From contig CAVYGE010000006.1 in NCBI GenBank assembly GCA_963767985.1, forward strand, positions 128,169-192,168: a DNA stretch of 64,000 nt, written 5' to 3'. The stretch comes from an uncultured Chloroflexia bacterium (GTDB lineage Bacteria > Chloroflexota > Limnocylindria > QHBO01). Under the pieces are notes generated by a model. It did no database searches and was not told the origin of the DNA. It saw only the letters and a list, made by a program, of their open reading frames with translations. The position numbers and the translations under genes were made by a program. Position 1 is the stretch's first letter. Each line of letters opens with the position of its first letter. Of the stretch, positions 1 to 8,801 are shown piece by piece.

Positions 1-1
1 C

Positions 2-448
2 CTGTACGTGGGCTTCCACGCGGCCTACCTGTTCAGCTACGTGATCTTCGCCCGCACCTACGCTGCTGCGCTCGAACGCCGGATCAACGCAGGGCTCGGC
101 ACCGATGTGCTCGTCGCCCACCGTCTCGAGGAGGTGTATTTCGGCGCGCCGGGCGATCCCAAGATCGTGGCCGCATCGATCCGACGGCCGCTGACCATGC
201 TCGCGGCGGAGACCTGGCACTTCACCATTGCCGGCGCCGCATTCTTCGGGGTCGCCATATTGATCGCCAACGCGACCGTCGCTCGCATCGGCGAACCGTG
301 GTCGACATTCTTCGTTCCCGCGGTGATCGCGTGGGCTGCCGTGAACGGGCTCTACCTCGCCTGGTACTTCGGGCGCAACCGCGATCAGCGGGCGATCGAG
401 GCCCTGCTGGAGGATGCGTACCTCCTCCCGCCGGCGGACCGGTCCTGA
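2..448 (+). CDS. integral membrane protein, 5' end probably cut by window edge
   Basis: Frame is open from position 2 (listed ORF 8..448). Hydrophobic helices present (FTIAGAAFFGVAILIANATV, FFVPAVIAWAAVNGLYLAWYF). No family recognised. Confidence 0.4.
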   Translation: MYVGFHAAYLFSYVIFARTYAAALERRINAGLGTDVLVAHRLEEVYFGAPGDPKIVAASIRRPLTMLAAETWHFTIAGAAFFGVAILIANATVARIGEPWSTFFVPAVIAWAAVNGLYLAWYFGRNRDQRAIEALLEDAYLLPPADRS

Positions 449-452
449 ACCG

Positions 453-722
453 ATGCTCCCGCTGGTCCTGCTGCTCGTCGCGCTCGTGGCCGGCGCGGTC
501 GGCTTCCTCGTGGGGTGGCCCGCCTGGCGCGCATCGCAGGCCCGCGACGCGCGCGACCTCAACGCCGAGCGCTATCTCGCGTGGCGCGGCCGCGCCGTTC
601 GCGGCCAGCCCGCGCCGATCCGCGAGGGGATGACCGGCGAAGAGCGACGCCGGGTCCTGGCCGGCGCCGCGCTCGGGGTGATCGGGGCCGCGGCGCTCGT
701 CGCGTTCTTCCTGACCAGCTGA
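453..722 (+). CDS. small two-helix membrane protein
   Basis: ORF 414..722 trimmed to ATG 453, which opens directly into a hydrophobic helix (MLPLVLLLVALVAGAVGFLVGW). Second helix at the C-terminus (AALGVIGAAALVAFFL). Confidence 0.35.
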   Translation: MLPLVLLLVALVAGAVGFLVGWPAWRASQARDARDLNAERYLAWRGRAVRGQPAPIREGMTGEERRRVLAGAALGVIGAAALVAFFLTS

Positions 723-750
723 GGCCGCGGACCGCTTCCGGCCCGCGGCC
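723..750. terminator. GC-rich hairpin between convergent genes (possible bidirectional terminator)
   Basis: GGCCGCGG(a)CCG-CTTC-CGG(c)CCGCGGCC lies in the 34-nt gap between stop 722 (+) and stop 757 (-). No U-tract. Confidence 0.45.
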
Positions 751-756
751 CCGCCC

Positions 757-2163
757 TCAGCCTCGGAAGGTCTCGAGGCGGCGGATGACCTGGGCCCCGA
801 CCTTGGCGCCCTGCTCGAGGCCGATCTCGATCCCCATCGGGTAGTGGATGCCGCCGTACAGTCGGCTTCCGGCGGCCTCGTCGGCGGCGGCCTGGAACGA
901 GGCGAAGTGGCGGGTGCCCGCCGAGGGCGGCTCGGTCAGGCGGTTCGTGTCCGTGAACGCGACCTGACCGAACAGTTCGGTCAGTACGGCCGCGGCCGCC
1001 TGGGACGCCACCGAGTGGCCTGACGTGTACTCGGGGAACTGAGGGGTGTTCACGAACGAGCTCCAGGCCGGGTCGATGAGCCGCCGGATGTAGGTGATCG
1101 GCCGCAGGAGGTTGATCTCGTACTTGGCGTGCCAGCACGAGATGAATGCGTCGGCCAGGGCGACGCCCAGTCGGGCGTACATCTCGGCCGCGTCGTCGAG
1201 TCGCAGTCCCAGCTGGTCCACCAGCTGGTTGCCGATGACGAACCAGTGTCCTGCGGGCAATCCGCTTGTCAGCGGGTTGTCGCGCCAGAACATCGCGATG
1301 AAGCGCTGCTCGTCGGTGAGCGCCGCGTTGACCTCGACGACGCGGGCTGCCTGGAGGTGGAACCCGCTGCCCGGCGCTTCGTCGTACGGAACGTGGGGTG
1401 GCGGGAAGCAGGCGTCGGCCGATGGCAGAACGAACGGACGCATGCGACCCCAGTACGGCTCGATGGCCGTGCCGAAGTTCGGAGGGGTGGACTGCCACTT
1501 GTCCGGGCCGAGGGGCGGGACGTAGGTCGGTAGGGCCCGGATCTCGGCGAGACCGTCTCCGTGGGTCCAGTCCACGATCGCGCGTCCGACCGCGCGCCCA
1601 TGGGCTGCCGAGCGATCGAAGTCCGCCGCATCCACGACCGATCTCCGCTCGGAGCTGATGGCGGCTTCGAGGGCAGTGATCTCGGCGGTCGTCTGCGGTT
1701 GGGGAGTTGGGAAAAGCGCCGTGGCCATGGTGGCCATGGCACTGTTCGCGGCCGTGGGCCAGTCATGGCGACGACCGCGCTCGGCGCGTGGCGTCGGCCC
1801 CAGTCCATTGAGCTGGCCGACCAGGGAGCGGTAGCCCGGCATGCCGTCCCACACCGCTTGGTACAGCGCGACGGCCATGCAGGCGTACCCGCGGGCGGCC
1901 GCCGTGGGCGTGATGTTCTCGCGGCGCGTGGCGTCGTACAGCACGCCGACCCAGCGCTGCGCCACCGTGGCGTCATGCGCCTTGGCCAGCGGGTGCGGTG
2001 TGCGGGCCGGCCCCGCGGCCGCACGGGCTCGCGAGCCGACGACCGGTCCGAGCCCGACGACGGCGGTCCCGCCGACCACGGCTGCGGCGCCGCCCGCGCG
2101 GCGCAGGAACGATCGGCGCGAGAGAGGGTCACCGGCTCGTTGGCCGGATTGCGTGGATGTCAT
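757..2163 (-). CDS. Tat-exported PAP2 / vanadium-haloperoxidase-like phosphatase superfamily protein
   Basis: 468 aa. N-terminal twin-arginine signal (SRRSFLRRAGGAAAVVGGTAVVG). C-terminal acid-phosphatase/haloperoxidase-type motifs (FPEYTSGHS ... SRLYGGIHYPMG). Confidence 0.6.
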   Translation of the reverse strand: MTSTQSGQRAGDPLSRRSFLRRAGGAAAVVGGTAVVGLGPVVGSRARAAAGPARTPHPLAKAHDATVAQRWVGVLYDATRRENITPTAAARGYACMAVALYQAVWDGMPGYRSLVGQLNGLGPTPRAERGRRHDWPTAANSAMATMATALFPTPQPQTTAEITALEAAISSERRSVVDAADFDRSAAHGRAVGRAIVDWTHGDGLAEIRALPTYVPPLGPDKWQSTPPNFGTAIEPYWGRMRPFVLPSADACFPPPHVPYDEAPGSGFHLQAARVVEVNAALTDEQRFIAMFWRDNPLTSGLPAGHWFVIGNQLVDQLGLRLDDAAEMYARLGVALADAFISCWHAKYEINLLRPITYIRRLIDPAWSSFVNTPQFPEYTSGHSVASQAAAAVLTELFGQVAFTDTNRLTEPPSAGTRHFASFQAAADEAAGSRLYGGIHYPMGIEIGLEQGAKVGAQVIRRLETFRG

Positions 2164-2183
2164 GGTTCCCCTCCGTGCGGTGG

Positions 2184-2207
2184 CCCGGCCGGGACGACCC
2201 GGCCGGG
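2184..2207 (-). terminator. perfect 10-bp hairpin between two co-oriented minus-strand genes
   Basis: CCCGGCCGGG-ACGA-CCCGGCCGGG sits between stop 2224 and start 2163. No U-tract, so it could be a terminator or an attenuator. Confidence 0.4.
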
Positions 2208-2223
2208 TGCGCGCAATGCCGTC

Positions 2224-2943
2224 TTACCGGCTTCGCGAGCGGCTGACTTCGCTGTTGTAGCTCATCGATCCGCCCGACAGATCCGGGTCGAAGCCCATCG
2301 GCCCGAGCACGCCCGACAGCACAGCCGTTCGGTTGCTCGAGCTGTAGCGCGATGTGTAGGTGGTCGTACCGTCGGTGAAGGTCTGGCTGAAGGTCTGCTT
2401 GGCCAGCGGGCCAACGCCCGCGAACGTCACATTGATGGGCACGTTGGCCAGGAAGTCTCCGGGCCCGCCGTGCGGATCGCCTCCGCCGTAGATGCCGACC
2501 GTGACCCCCGGGCCCCCGAGCACCGCTCGGGTGAGCTTCTTGTCGATCGACAGCGGGACCAGGCCGTCGATCGCACGGAACCCGATGTGGGTGCAGGGAT
2601 TCTCCGGATCCACCGGCGCCTCCTCCTCGAGGCCGATGCCGTGACCACCACCTGGTGATGGGACGAAGTCAACCGGGCAGTTCAGGTCGGCGATCTGGCC
2701 GAAGACCCACGCCTGTCCCGAGCTGAACTCCTGGGCGAACGCAAACCCGATGTGAACGTTCCCGAACGGCCGCGAATCCATCGGCGGCAGGCGATTTCCG
2801 GCCGCGTCCCGGTCGAGCTGGATCCAGTCGAACTGGACCGCGTAGTAGGTGGAGCGATAGAACGACATGCTCCTCGCAGCGGCGGGAGCGGCCGTGCCCA
2901 GGATCAGCAGGGCAGCGGCAAGGAAAACGACCAGCCGACGCAT
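2224..2943 (-). CDS. secreted protein of unknown function
   Basis: ORF 2224..3090 trimmed to ATG 2943, which starts a classic signal peptide (MRRLVVFLAAALLILGTAAPAAARS). No family recognised. Confidence 0.45.
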   Translation of the reverse strand: MRRLVVFLAAALLILGTAAPAAARSMSFYRSTYYAVQFDWIQLDRDAAGNRLPPMDSRPFGNVHIGFAFAQEFSSGQAWVFGQIADLNCPVDFVPSPGGGHGIGLEEEAPVDPENPCTHIGFRAIDGLVPLSIDKKLTRAVLGGPGVTVGIYGGGDPHGGPGDFLANVPINVTFAGVGPLAKQTFSQTFTDGTTTYTSRYSSSNRTAVLSGVLGPMGFDPDLSGGSMSYNSEVSRSRSR

Positions 2944-3153
2944 GTCGGGACCTCCGTGCGGGGTCAGGCGGTGTGCCCCAATGGCCCCCCGTCCGCCCAA
3001 GTGATCGCTCAGACGCCGGCGAGGGACGAAACGGTGCAGAACCACCCCCCGCATGCCGTCCCGCGGATTGTCCGCCCCACGGTCAAGCATTTTGCAGACA
3101 TAGATTTTCGGCCGTTTGACGAGCCGTGGCCGCCACCCCGTCCGCCGCGCCGG

Positions 3154-3159
3154 TAGACT
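3154..3159 (+). promoter_or_regulatory. candidate -10 box TAGACT, 6 nt upstream of GTG 3166 (leaderless-type arrangement)
   Basis: TAGACT fits TANNNT. Its spacing to the start codon equals the typical -10-to-TSS distance. No -35 recognised. Confidence 0.3.
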
Positions 3160-3165
3160 GCCGTC

Positions 3166-4095
3166 GTGCTCGCCTCCGCGCTCCGCGTCTTCTTCCTGTG
3201 GCTGAGCGACCGGCGCTGGATGGCCAGCATCGCGCTCGGCACCCCGTTCCTGCGACGCATGCCCTTGCGGTTCGTGGCCGGCACGACCCTCGATGAGGCG
3301 ATCAATGCCGTACGGACCCTGAACGGCACCGGCGCCAGCGCGACCCTCGATGTGCTGGGCGAGTCGGTGGACGGCCGTCAGGCCGCCGATCGGGCCGCGG
3401 CCGCCTACGTCACCGCCATTGAGCGCATCGCGAGCGAGGGCCTCGACGCCAACGTCAGCATCAAGCTGACCCAGATGGGGCTCGAGCTGGGGGTCGACGA
3501 GTGCCTCCAGGTGCTAGCGCCCGTCGTCGCGGCGGGAGATCGGGCGAGCATCTTCGTACGGATCGACATGGAGGGCTCGGCCACCACCGATCGAACTCTC
3601 GAGATCGTCGCCCGCCTGCGTGCAGCCGGCCATGACGTGGGCCCGGTCATCCAGTCCTACCTCCATCGGTCTCCGGCCGACGTCGAGGGCCTGGCGAAGG
3701 ATCGCGCGCGGGTCAGGGTGTGCAAGGGCGCGTACGCGGAGCCGCCGGAGATCGCGCACCAGGACCGCGTGGCGATCGGTGACGCCTTCGTCATGCTGTG
3801 CGAGGAGCTGCTTCGGGCGGGCGCCTACCCCGGCGTCGCCACCCATGACCCCGACATGATCGAGCGGGTGGCAACCTTCGCGCGCGAGCACGGCATCGGC
3901 GCCGACGCCTTCGAGTTTCAGATGTTGTACGGCGTGCGCCGCGACCTCCAGCGTCAGCTGCTCGAGAGGGGATATCGGCTGCGGGTCTACGTTCCGTATG
4001 GCACCGAGTGGTACCCGTACTTCATGCGCCGGCTGGCGGAGCGCCCCGCCAACGTCCTCTTCGTGCTGCGGAGCGTCTTCGGCGAGCGTTCCTGA
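3166..4095 (+). CDS. proline dehydrogenase
   Basis: 309 aa, GTG start. Family hallmarks present: LDVLGES, ATHDPDMIE, FEFQMLYGVRRDLQ, VYVPYGTEWYPYFMRRLAERPANV. Confidence 0.8.
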   Translation: MLASALRVFFLWLSDRRWMASIALGTPFLRRMPLRFVAGTTLDEAINAVRTLNGTGASATLDVLGESVDGRQAADRAAAAYVTAIERIASEGLDANVSIKLTQMGLELGVDECLQVLAPVVAAGDRASIFVRIDMEGSATTDRTLEIVARLRAAGHDVGPVIQSYLHRSPADVEGLAKDRARVRVCKGAYAEPPEIAHQDRVAIGDAFVMLCEELLRAGAYPGVATHDPDMIERVATFAREHGIGADAFEFQMLYGVRRDLQRQLLERGYRLRVYVPYGTEWYPYFMRRLAERPANVLFVLRSVFGERS

Positions 4096-4133
4096 CGGCG
4101 ATCGGTGGCACGGCTAGACTGGGCCGACAGCCC

Positions 4134-4511
4134 ATGAGTGCCAGCAAGCGGCCGAGCACCTCGAGTCTCCGCCGATATCTCACGTCAAGGCCCTACATCG
4201 CCGTCGCGGACGTGCGGCGCCGGTTCGGCCTCGATCCCGATGCGATGAGCGTCGTCAGTCGCAACGGGACGACCGCCTTCATCGGCCTGCCGGAGCGCGA
4301 GGCGACGAAGATCCAGGATCTCTGGCAGCGCGACGAGGTCGGCGTGGAGATGTCGGTCGAAGTCCGCGCGCCGGTCGTCGTCGGGGTCTACCCGATGCGC
4401 ATCGCGCGCTTCGTGGTCGACCAGGCCACGAACGGCAGCCACCACGCGGTTCCGCCGCAGCACGACGCCGAGACCGCGCGACATCGCGCGCATCGCGGGT
4501 CGGGCGAATGA
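4134..4511 (+). CDS. hypothetical protein
   Basis: ORF 4008..4511 trimmed to ATG 4134, downstream of the proline dehydrogenase stop. TAGACT box at 4115-4120. Stop overlaps the next start (ATGA at 4508). Confidence 0.35.
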   Translation: MSASKRPSTSSLRRYLTSRPYIAVADVRRRFGLDPDAMSVVSRNGTTAFIGLPEREATKIQDLWQRDEVGVEMSVEVRAPVVVGVYPMRIARFVVDQATNGSHHAVPPQHDAETARHRAHRGSGE

Positions 4512-4920
4512 GGATCGTCGCCATCATGCACGACCTCATGCTCTTCAGCCGCATCGACGAGCCGCCGCCGCGGCGTCGGGTCGGTCCGCCGCCCGCATCG
4601 ATTCGCCGGCGTCGCTGAGCGAGGTTGACGATGTGGACCTCGTGCTCGTCGACTGGACGGAGCGAGATCCGGATTGGGCCGATGCGCTCGTCGCCCTCCG
4701 GCGCCGCGCGCCGGAGACCCGCGTGATCCTCTTCGGCCGTCACACCGACATCGAAGCGCACCGCGCGGCACGTGCTGCCGGCCTGGGTCCGATGTGGGCG
4801 CGGTCGAAGCTCGTCAGCGAGCTTCCGGGCCTCGCCGCGGGACGAGGAACGCCAGCGCCACCAGAACGACCGACCAGGCCAGCTCGGCCAGTGACAGGAG
4901 CAGCCCGCCGAACGTCGTGA
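4508..4920 (+). pseudogene. small conserved protein (possibly receiver-like), apparent frameshift near 4556
   Basis: MRIVAIMHDLMLFSRID stops after a Pro/Arg stretch. The neighbouring frame continues as ...SLSEVDDVDLVLVDWTERDPDWADALVALRRRAPETRVILFGRHTDIEAH. The 3' end overlaps convergent gene 4814..5302, so the end is uncertain. Confidence 0.3.
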
Positions 4921-5302
4921 GCCGGTCGTCCAGGGGGATGGACGGCAGGAAGACGACCGAGAGGACGAACTCTCGGCTCGTGAACGGCCACAGGGCGGCA
5001 ACGGCCGATCGGACGGTGAGAAGGTCCAGCACGATGTGCGACAGCACGGCCGCGGCGGCGAGGGCGCCGATGAGCATCGCGCGCCGGTGGCCCAGGATCC
5101 GGAAGGCGACGAAGGCGGCGACGCCGATGATCGCGGCGAACCCGATGGAGTGGGTTGGCCCGCGATGGTTGATGCCGAGCAGCAGGTCGATGTCGGGAGC
5201 CGCTGAGGCGGCGGCCAGCGCTGCCATCACGCGCAGGTCGAACGTTCGCTCGCCGGCCCGGGCAAGCGCAATGCCGGCGGCGAGATGCCCGATGGTGGCC
5301 AC
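4814..5302 (-). CDS. membrane-bound metal-dependent hydrolase (YdjM/DUF457-like)
   Basis: 162 aa, four hydrophobic helices. His-containing motifs are typical of the family (MATIGHLAAG, NHRGPTHS, VLSHIVLDLL). Confidence 0.5.
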   Translation of the reverse strand: MATIGHLAAGIALARAGERTFDLRVMAALAAASAAPDIDLLLGINHRGPTHSIGFAAIIGVAAFVAFRILGHRRAMLIGALAAAAVLSHIVLDLLTVRSAVAALWPFTSREFVLSVVFLPSIPLDDRLTTFGGLLLSLAELAWSVVLVALAFLVPRRGPEAR

Positions 5303-5305
5303 GGC

Positions 5306-6316
5306 TCAGGCCGGGATCTGCGCGCGGCAGGCGTCGAGCAGCGGACCGATGGCCGCCTCGGGAGAATGCTGGATGGTGCAGCCGGCGCGTCGGGTGTGGC
5401 CGCCACCACCGAAGTGTCCGGCGATGGCCGCGGCATCGACGCGCGGGCCCGTCCGCAGCGACACCCGCGTGGCACCGTCGAGCTCCCGCAGCAGGATCGC
5501 GATCTCGACGCCGGTGCCGCGCGCGATGAACTCGGCCACGCCCTCGGCGTCTGCATGCTCCGCGCCGCACGCATCCAGCATCTCGGGAGTGAGGACCGTC
5601 CAGGCAATCCGCCCGTCGTCCTCGATCCGGAGATCGTGCAGGAGCCGCCCGAAGAGCCGAACCGCGGCGAGTGGCATCTCGAGCAGCGTCGCTCGGTAGA
5701 CCTCCTCGAGCGCGGCTCCCGACTCGAGGGTGGCCGCGGCGGCCCGGAACGTGTCCGCCGACGTCGCGGCAGTCGAGAATCCGTGGCTGTCGCGGATGAT
5801 CCCCGCCAGGACGGCCGACGCGATGGCCGGATCCATCGGGATGCCGAGGCGCGGGAGGATCGAGGCGACGACCTGGCAGCTGGCGGCTGCCGCCGGATCA
5901 ACGAAATTCCAGCGCCCGAACTCGCTGTTGGTGATGTGATGGTCGACGTTCACGATCGACGACGCGTCGAACCATGAGCGGCAGGTATCCACGATCGACC
6001 CAACGCGCTCCAGCGTCGCGGCATCGCACACGACCGCGACGCCAGGATCGAGCGTCGGGCCCGTGTTGACGGGCAGTCCGGTGGTCAGTGCGGCGTAGGC
6101 GGCCGGGATGCCATCCACCGAGACGACCTCGACCTGGCATCCGAGGTGCGCGGCAGCGCGCGCCATCGCCACCGCCGCTCCGATCGTGTCGCCGTCGGCG
6201 TTCTCGTGGCAGATGGCCGAGACGTTCGGCCGCGAGCGCAGGGCGTCGCCGAGCTCGGCGATCTGCTGCTCAGAAGCACCACTGGTTGCCGCGTCCGCCG
6301 GCGAAGATTCGGTCAC
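5306..6316 (-). CDS. nrnA: DHH/DHHA1 phosphoesterase, NrnA-like (oligoribonuclease / pAp phosphatase family)
   Basis: 336 aa. DHH motifs (HENADGD, VNVDHHITN) and the DHHA1 GGGH motif (HFGGGGHTRRAG). Confidence 0.7.
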   Translation of the reverse strand: MTESSPADAATSGASEQQIAELGDALRSRPNVSAICHENADGDTIGAAVAMARAAAHLGCQVEVVSVDGIPAAYAALTTGLPVNTGPTLDPGVAVVCDAATLERVGSIVDTCRSWFDASSIVNVDHHITNSEFGRWNFVDPAAAASCQVVASILPRLGIPMDPAIASAVLAGIIRDSHGFSTAATSADTFRAAAATLESGAALEEVYRATLLEMPLAAVRLFGRLLHDLRIEDDGRIAWTVLTPEMLDACGAEHADAEGVAEFIARGTGVEIAILLRELDGATRVSLRTGPRVDAAAIAGHFGGGGHTRRAGCTIQHSPEAAIGPLLDACRAQIPA

Positions 6317-6346
6317 CGACTATCCTCCACTTCGACCGGGACGCGA

Positions 6347-8140
6347 ATGATACCCGGAGACATCACGGAGGACCGTTTGGGGCTGGACGCCTGGGTCACG
6401 CTGGCCGTCGTGCTGGGGGTGATCTTCATGATGGCGCGCGAGGTCGTTCCCCCCGCCCTGGCCATGCTGGGCGCGACGACCGTCCTCATGCTGCTCGGCA
6501 TCCTGTCGCCGGGGGCGGCCTTCGGCGGATTCAGCAACGAGGCGCCGATCGCGATCGCCGCTCTCCTCATCGTCGCGCGGGCAGTTGACACGTCCGGCGC
6601 CTTCCAGCCCATCGTGCGTGGCCTGTTCGGGAAGGCCGAGGGTCGCTGGCTGATCGCCCGCATCACCCTGCCGATCGCGGCACTGTCGGGCTTCGTGAAC
6701 AACACCACGCTGGTCGCCATGACCGTGCCGCCGGCCCTCGATCTGGGCCGGCGCCGGCGGCTGGCCCCATCGCGATTCCTCATGCCGATCAGCTTCGCCG
6801 CCGTGCTCGGCGGCGTCACCACGACCATCGGCACATCCACCAACCTGACCGTCAGCGGACTCCTTGCGGCATCGGACATGCGTCCGCTGTCGCTGTTCGA
6901 GCTCACGCCGGTGGGGCTGCCGATCGCGCTCGCCGGGTGCCTCGTCATGGTCGTGCTCGCCGGCCGGCTGCTCCCGGATCGTGGCGTCAATGACGCAGGC
7001 GCGGAGGGCGGGCGCGAGTTCGCCGTGAGCATGCGCGTGGTCGCCGGCGGTGCTGCCGACGGACGGTCGGTCGAGGCAGCCGGACTGCGGCATCTCACCG
7101 GCGTGTTCCTGGTCGAGATCGAGCGCGCGGGCAGGGTGATCGCGCCGGTCGCGCCCGGTGAGGTTCTCGCGGGTGCCGATGTCCTCACCTTCGTCGGGCG
7201 CGTCGACCAGGTGGTCGACCTGCAGCGCACACCAGGTCTCGAGTCGACCGAGACGCGCCAGATCGGTCGCCTCGGCGGCGCGGCCCACGAGTTCTACGAG
7301 GTGGTGGTGGCGAACAGCCTCGATCTCGTGGGTCGGACGCTCCGCGACACCGGCTTTCGCGCCCGGTATGGCGCGGCCGTCCTGGCGATCCATCGCTCCG
7401 GGCATCGGATCGACGCGAAGCTCGGCGACGTGCGCCTTCACATGGGCGACACGCTTCTCGTGCTCGCCGGACCCGACTTTCGCTCCCGGCATCGCGACGG
7501 CCCCGACTTCCTGCTCATCGCTCAGCGGCAGGGCATCAGTCCCACCCAACCGCGGAAGATCCTGACGGTGGCGGCCATCGGCTTCGCATTCATCGCCTTC
7601 GTGGCATCGGGCTTCGTGCCGCTCCTCCACGGGGCGGTGACCGCGGCGTTCCTCGTCGTCGCGACCAGGGTCGTCACGCTTCGGCAGGCGCGCGACGCGG
7701 TCGATCTGAACATCGTCATCCTGATCGCGGCCGCCTTCGGCCTCGGAGCCGCCGTGCAGCAGACCGGACTCGGGTCATCGGCCGCGGACCTGCTGGTGAG
7801 CGTGTTCGAGCCGATCGGTCCGCTCGGTGCCCTGGCGGCCGTCCTGCTGGCCACGATGGCCCTCACCGAGCTCGTCAGCAACAACGCCGCGGCCGTCCTC
7901 GTGTTCCCGATCGCGGTTGCCACGGCAACCAGCCTCGGCGTGGACCCGAGGCCGTTCGTCGTCGTGGTGGCGCTGGGCGCCAGCCTCTCGTTCCTGACCC
8001 CGATCGGCTACCAGACGAACCTCATGGTGTACGGCCTGGGCAACTACCGCTTCCTGGACTTCACCCGCCTCGGGCTCCCTGTGAACCTCGTCACCATCGG
8101 CCTCACGCTGGCGCTCGTACCATGGGCTTTCCCGTTCTAG
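6347..8140 (+). CDS. SLC13/DASS-type anion permease with two internal TrkA-C domains (candidate sulfate importer)
   Basis: ORF 6146..8140 trimmed to ATG 6347. Multiple TM helices flank two TrkA-C-like soluble repeats (..LTGVFLVEIERAGRVIAPV.., ..AAVLAIHRSGHRIDAKL..). C-terminal helices resemble SLC13 (LTELVSNNAAAVLVFPIA). The substrate is inferred only from the neighbouring cys genes. Confidence 0.6.
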   Translation: MIPGDITEDRLGLDAWVTLAVVLGVIFMMAREVVPPALAMLGATTVLMLLGILSPGAAFGGFSNEAPIAIAALLIVARAVDTSGAFQPIVRGLFGKAEGRWLIARITLPIAALSGFVNNTTLVAMTVPPALDLGRRRRLAPSRFLMPISFAAVLGGVTTTIGTSTNLTVSGLLAASDMRPLSLFELTPVGLPIALAGCLVMVVLAGRLLPDRGVNDAGAEGGREFAVSMRVVAGGAADGRSVEAAGLRHLTGVFLVEIERAGRVIAPVAPGEVLAGADVLTFVGRVDQVVDLQRTPGLESTETRQIGRLGGAAHEFYEVVVANSLDLVGRTLRDTGFRARYGAAVLAIHRSGHRIDAKLGDVRLHMGDTLLVLAGPDFRSRHRDGPDFLLIAQRQGISPTQPRKILTVAAIGFAFIAFVASGFVPLLHGAVTAAFLVVATRVVTLRQARDAVDLNIVILIAAAFGLGAAVQQTGLGSSAADLLVSVFEPIGPLGALAAVLLATMALTELVSNNAAAVLVFPIAVATATSLGVDPRPFVVVVALGASLSFLTPIGYQTNLMVYGLGNYRFLDFTRLGLPVNLVTIGLTLALVPWAFPF

Positions 8141-8158
8141 CCGAGGACCATCCACCAC

Positions 8159-8800
8159 GTGACCGACACGAACGACGACGCCGCGACGGACGCCGGTGCG
8201 GGCAGCACGCCGCAGCCGATCCTCATGGGTGGCGCGGGCACGCCGCCGCCAGGCGCGTCCACCGGCTTCACCATCTGGCTCACCGGGATGTCCGGCGCGG
8301 GCAAGAGCACGATTGCCGCGATCCTGGAGCAGCGGCTGCGCGACGCAGGGCAGCGCGTCGAGGTGCTCGACGGCGATGTGGTCCGGACGCACCTCTCGGT
8401 CGGGCTCGGGTTCAGCCGCGAGGACCGCGACGCGAACATCCGGCGCATCGGCTGGGTCTGCCATCTGCTCTCGCGGAACGACGTCATCGCCATCGCGTCG
8501 GTCATCAGCCCGTACCGAGCGGCGCGTGACGAGGTTCGCGCACTCATCGGCCGCTTCGTCGAGGTCCATGTCCAGGCGCCGATGGAGCTGCTGGTGGCGC
8601 GCGACGTGAAGGGCCTTTACCGCCGCGCCATGGCGGGCGAGATCCCGAGCTTCACGGGGATCTCGGACGACTACGAGCCCCCGCTCGCCCCCGAGGTCGT
8701 GTGCACATCGGACGGCAGCGAGACTCCCGATGACAGCGCGACACGCGTGATCGAGGCCGTGGAAGAACTCGGGTACCTGGGGACGGCGGAGCGCGGCTGA
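8159..8800 (+). CDS. cysC: adenylyl-sulfate (APS) kinase
   Basis: 213 aa, GTG start. P-loop GMSGAGKSTIA and APS-kinase core (LDGDVVRTHL, SREDRDANIRRIG, SVISPY). Confidence 0.9.
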   Translation: MTDTNDDAATDAGAGSTPQPILMGGAGTPPPGASTGFTIWLTGMSGAGKSTIAAILEQRLRDAGQRVEVLDGDVVRTHLSVGLGFSREDRDANIRRIGWVCHLLSRNDVIAIASVISPYRAARDEVRALIGRFVEVHVQAPMELLVARDVKGLYRRAMAGEIPSFTGISDDYEPPLAPEVVCTSDGSETPDDSATRVIEAVEELGYLGTAERG

Positions 8801-8801
8801 G

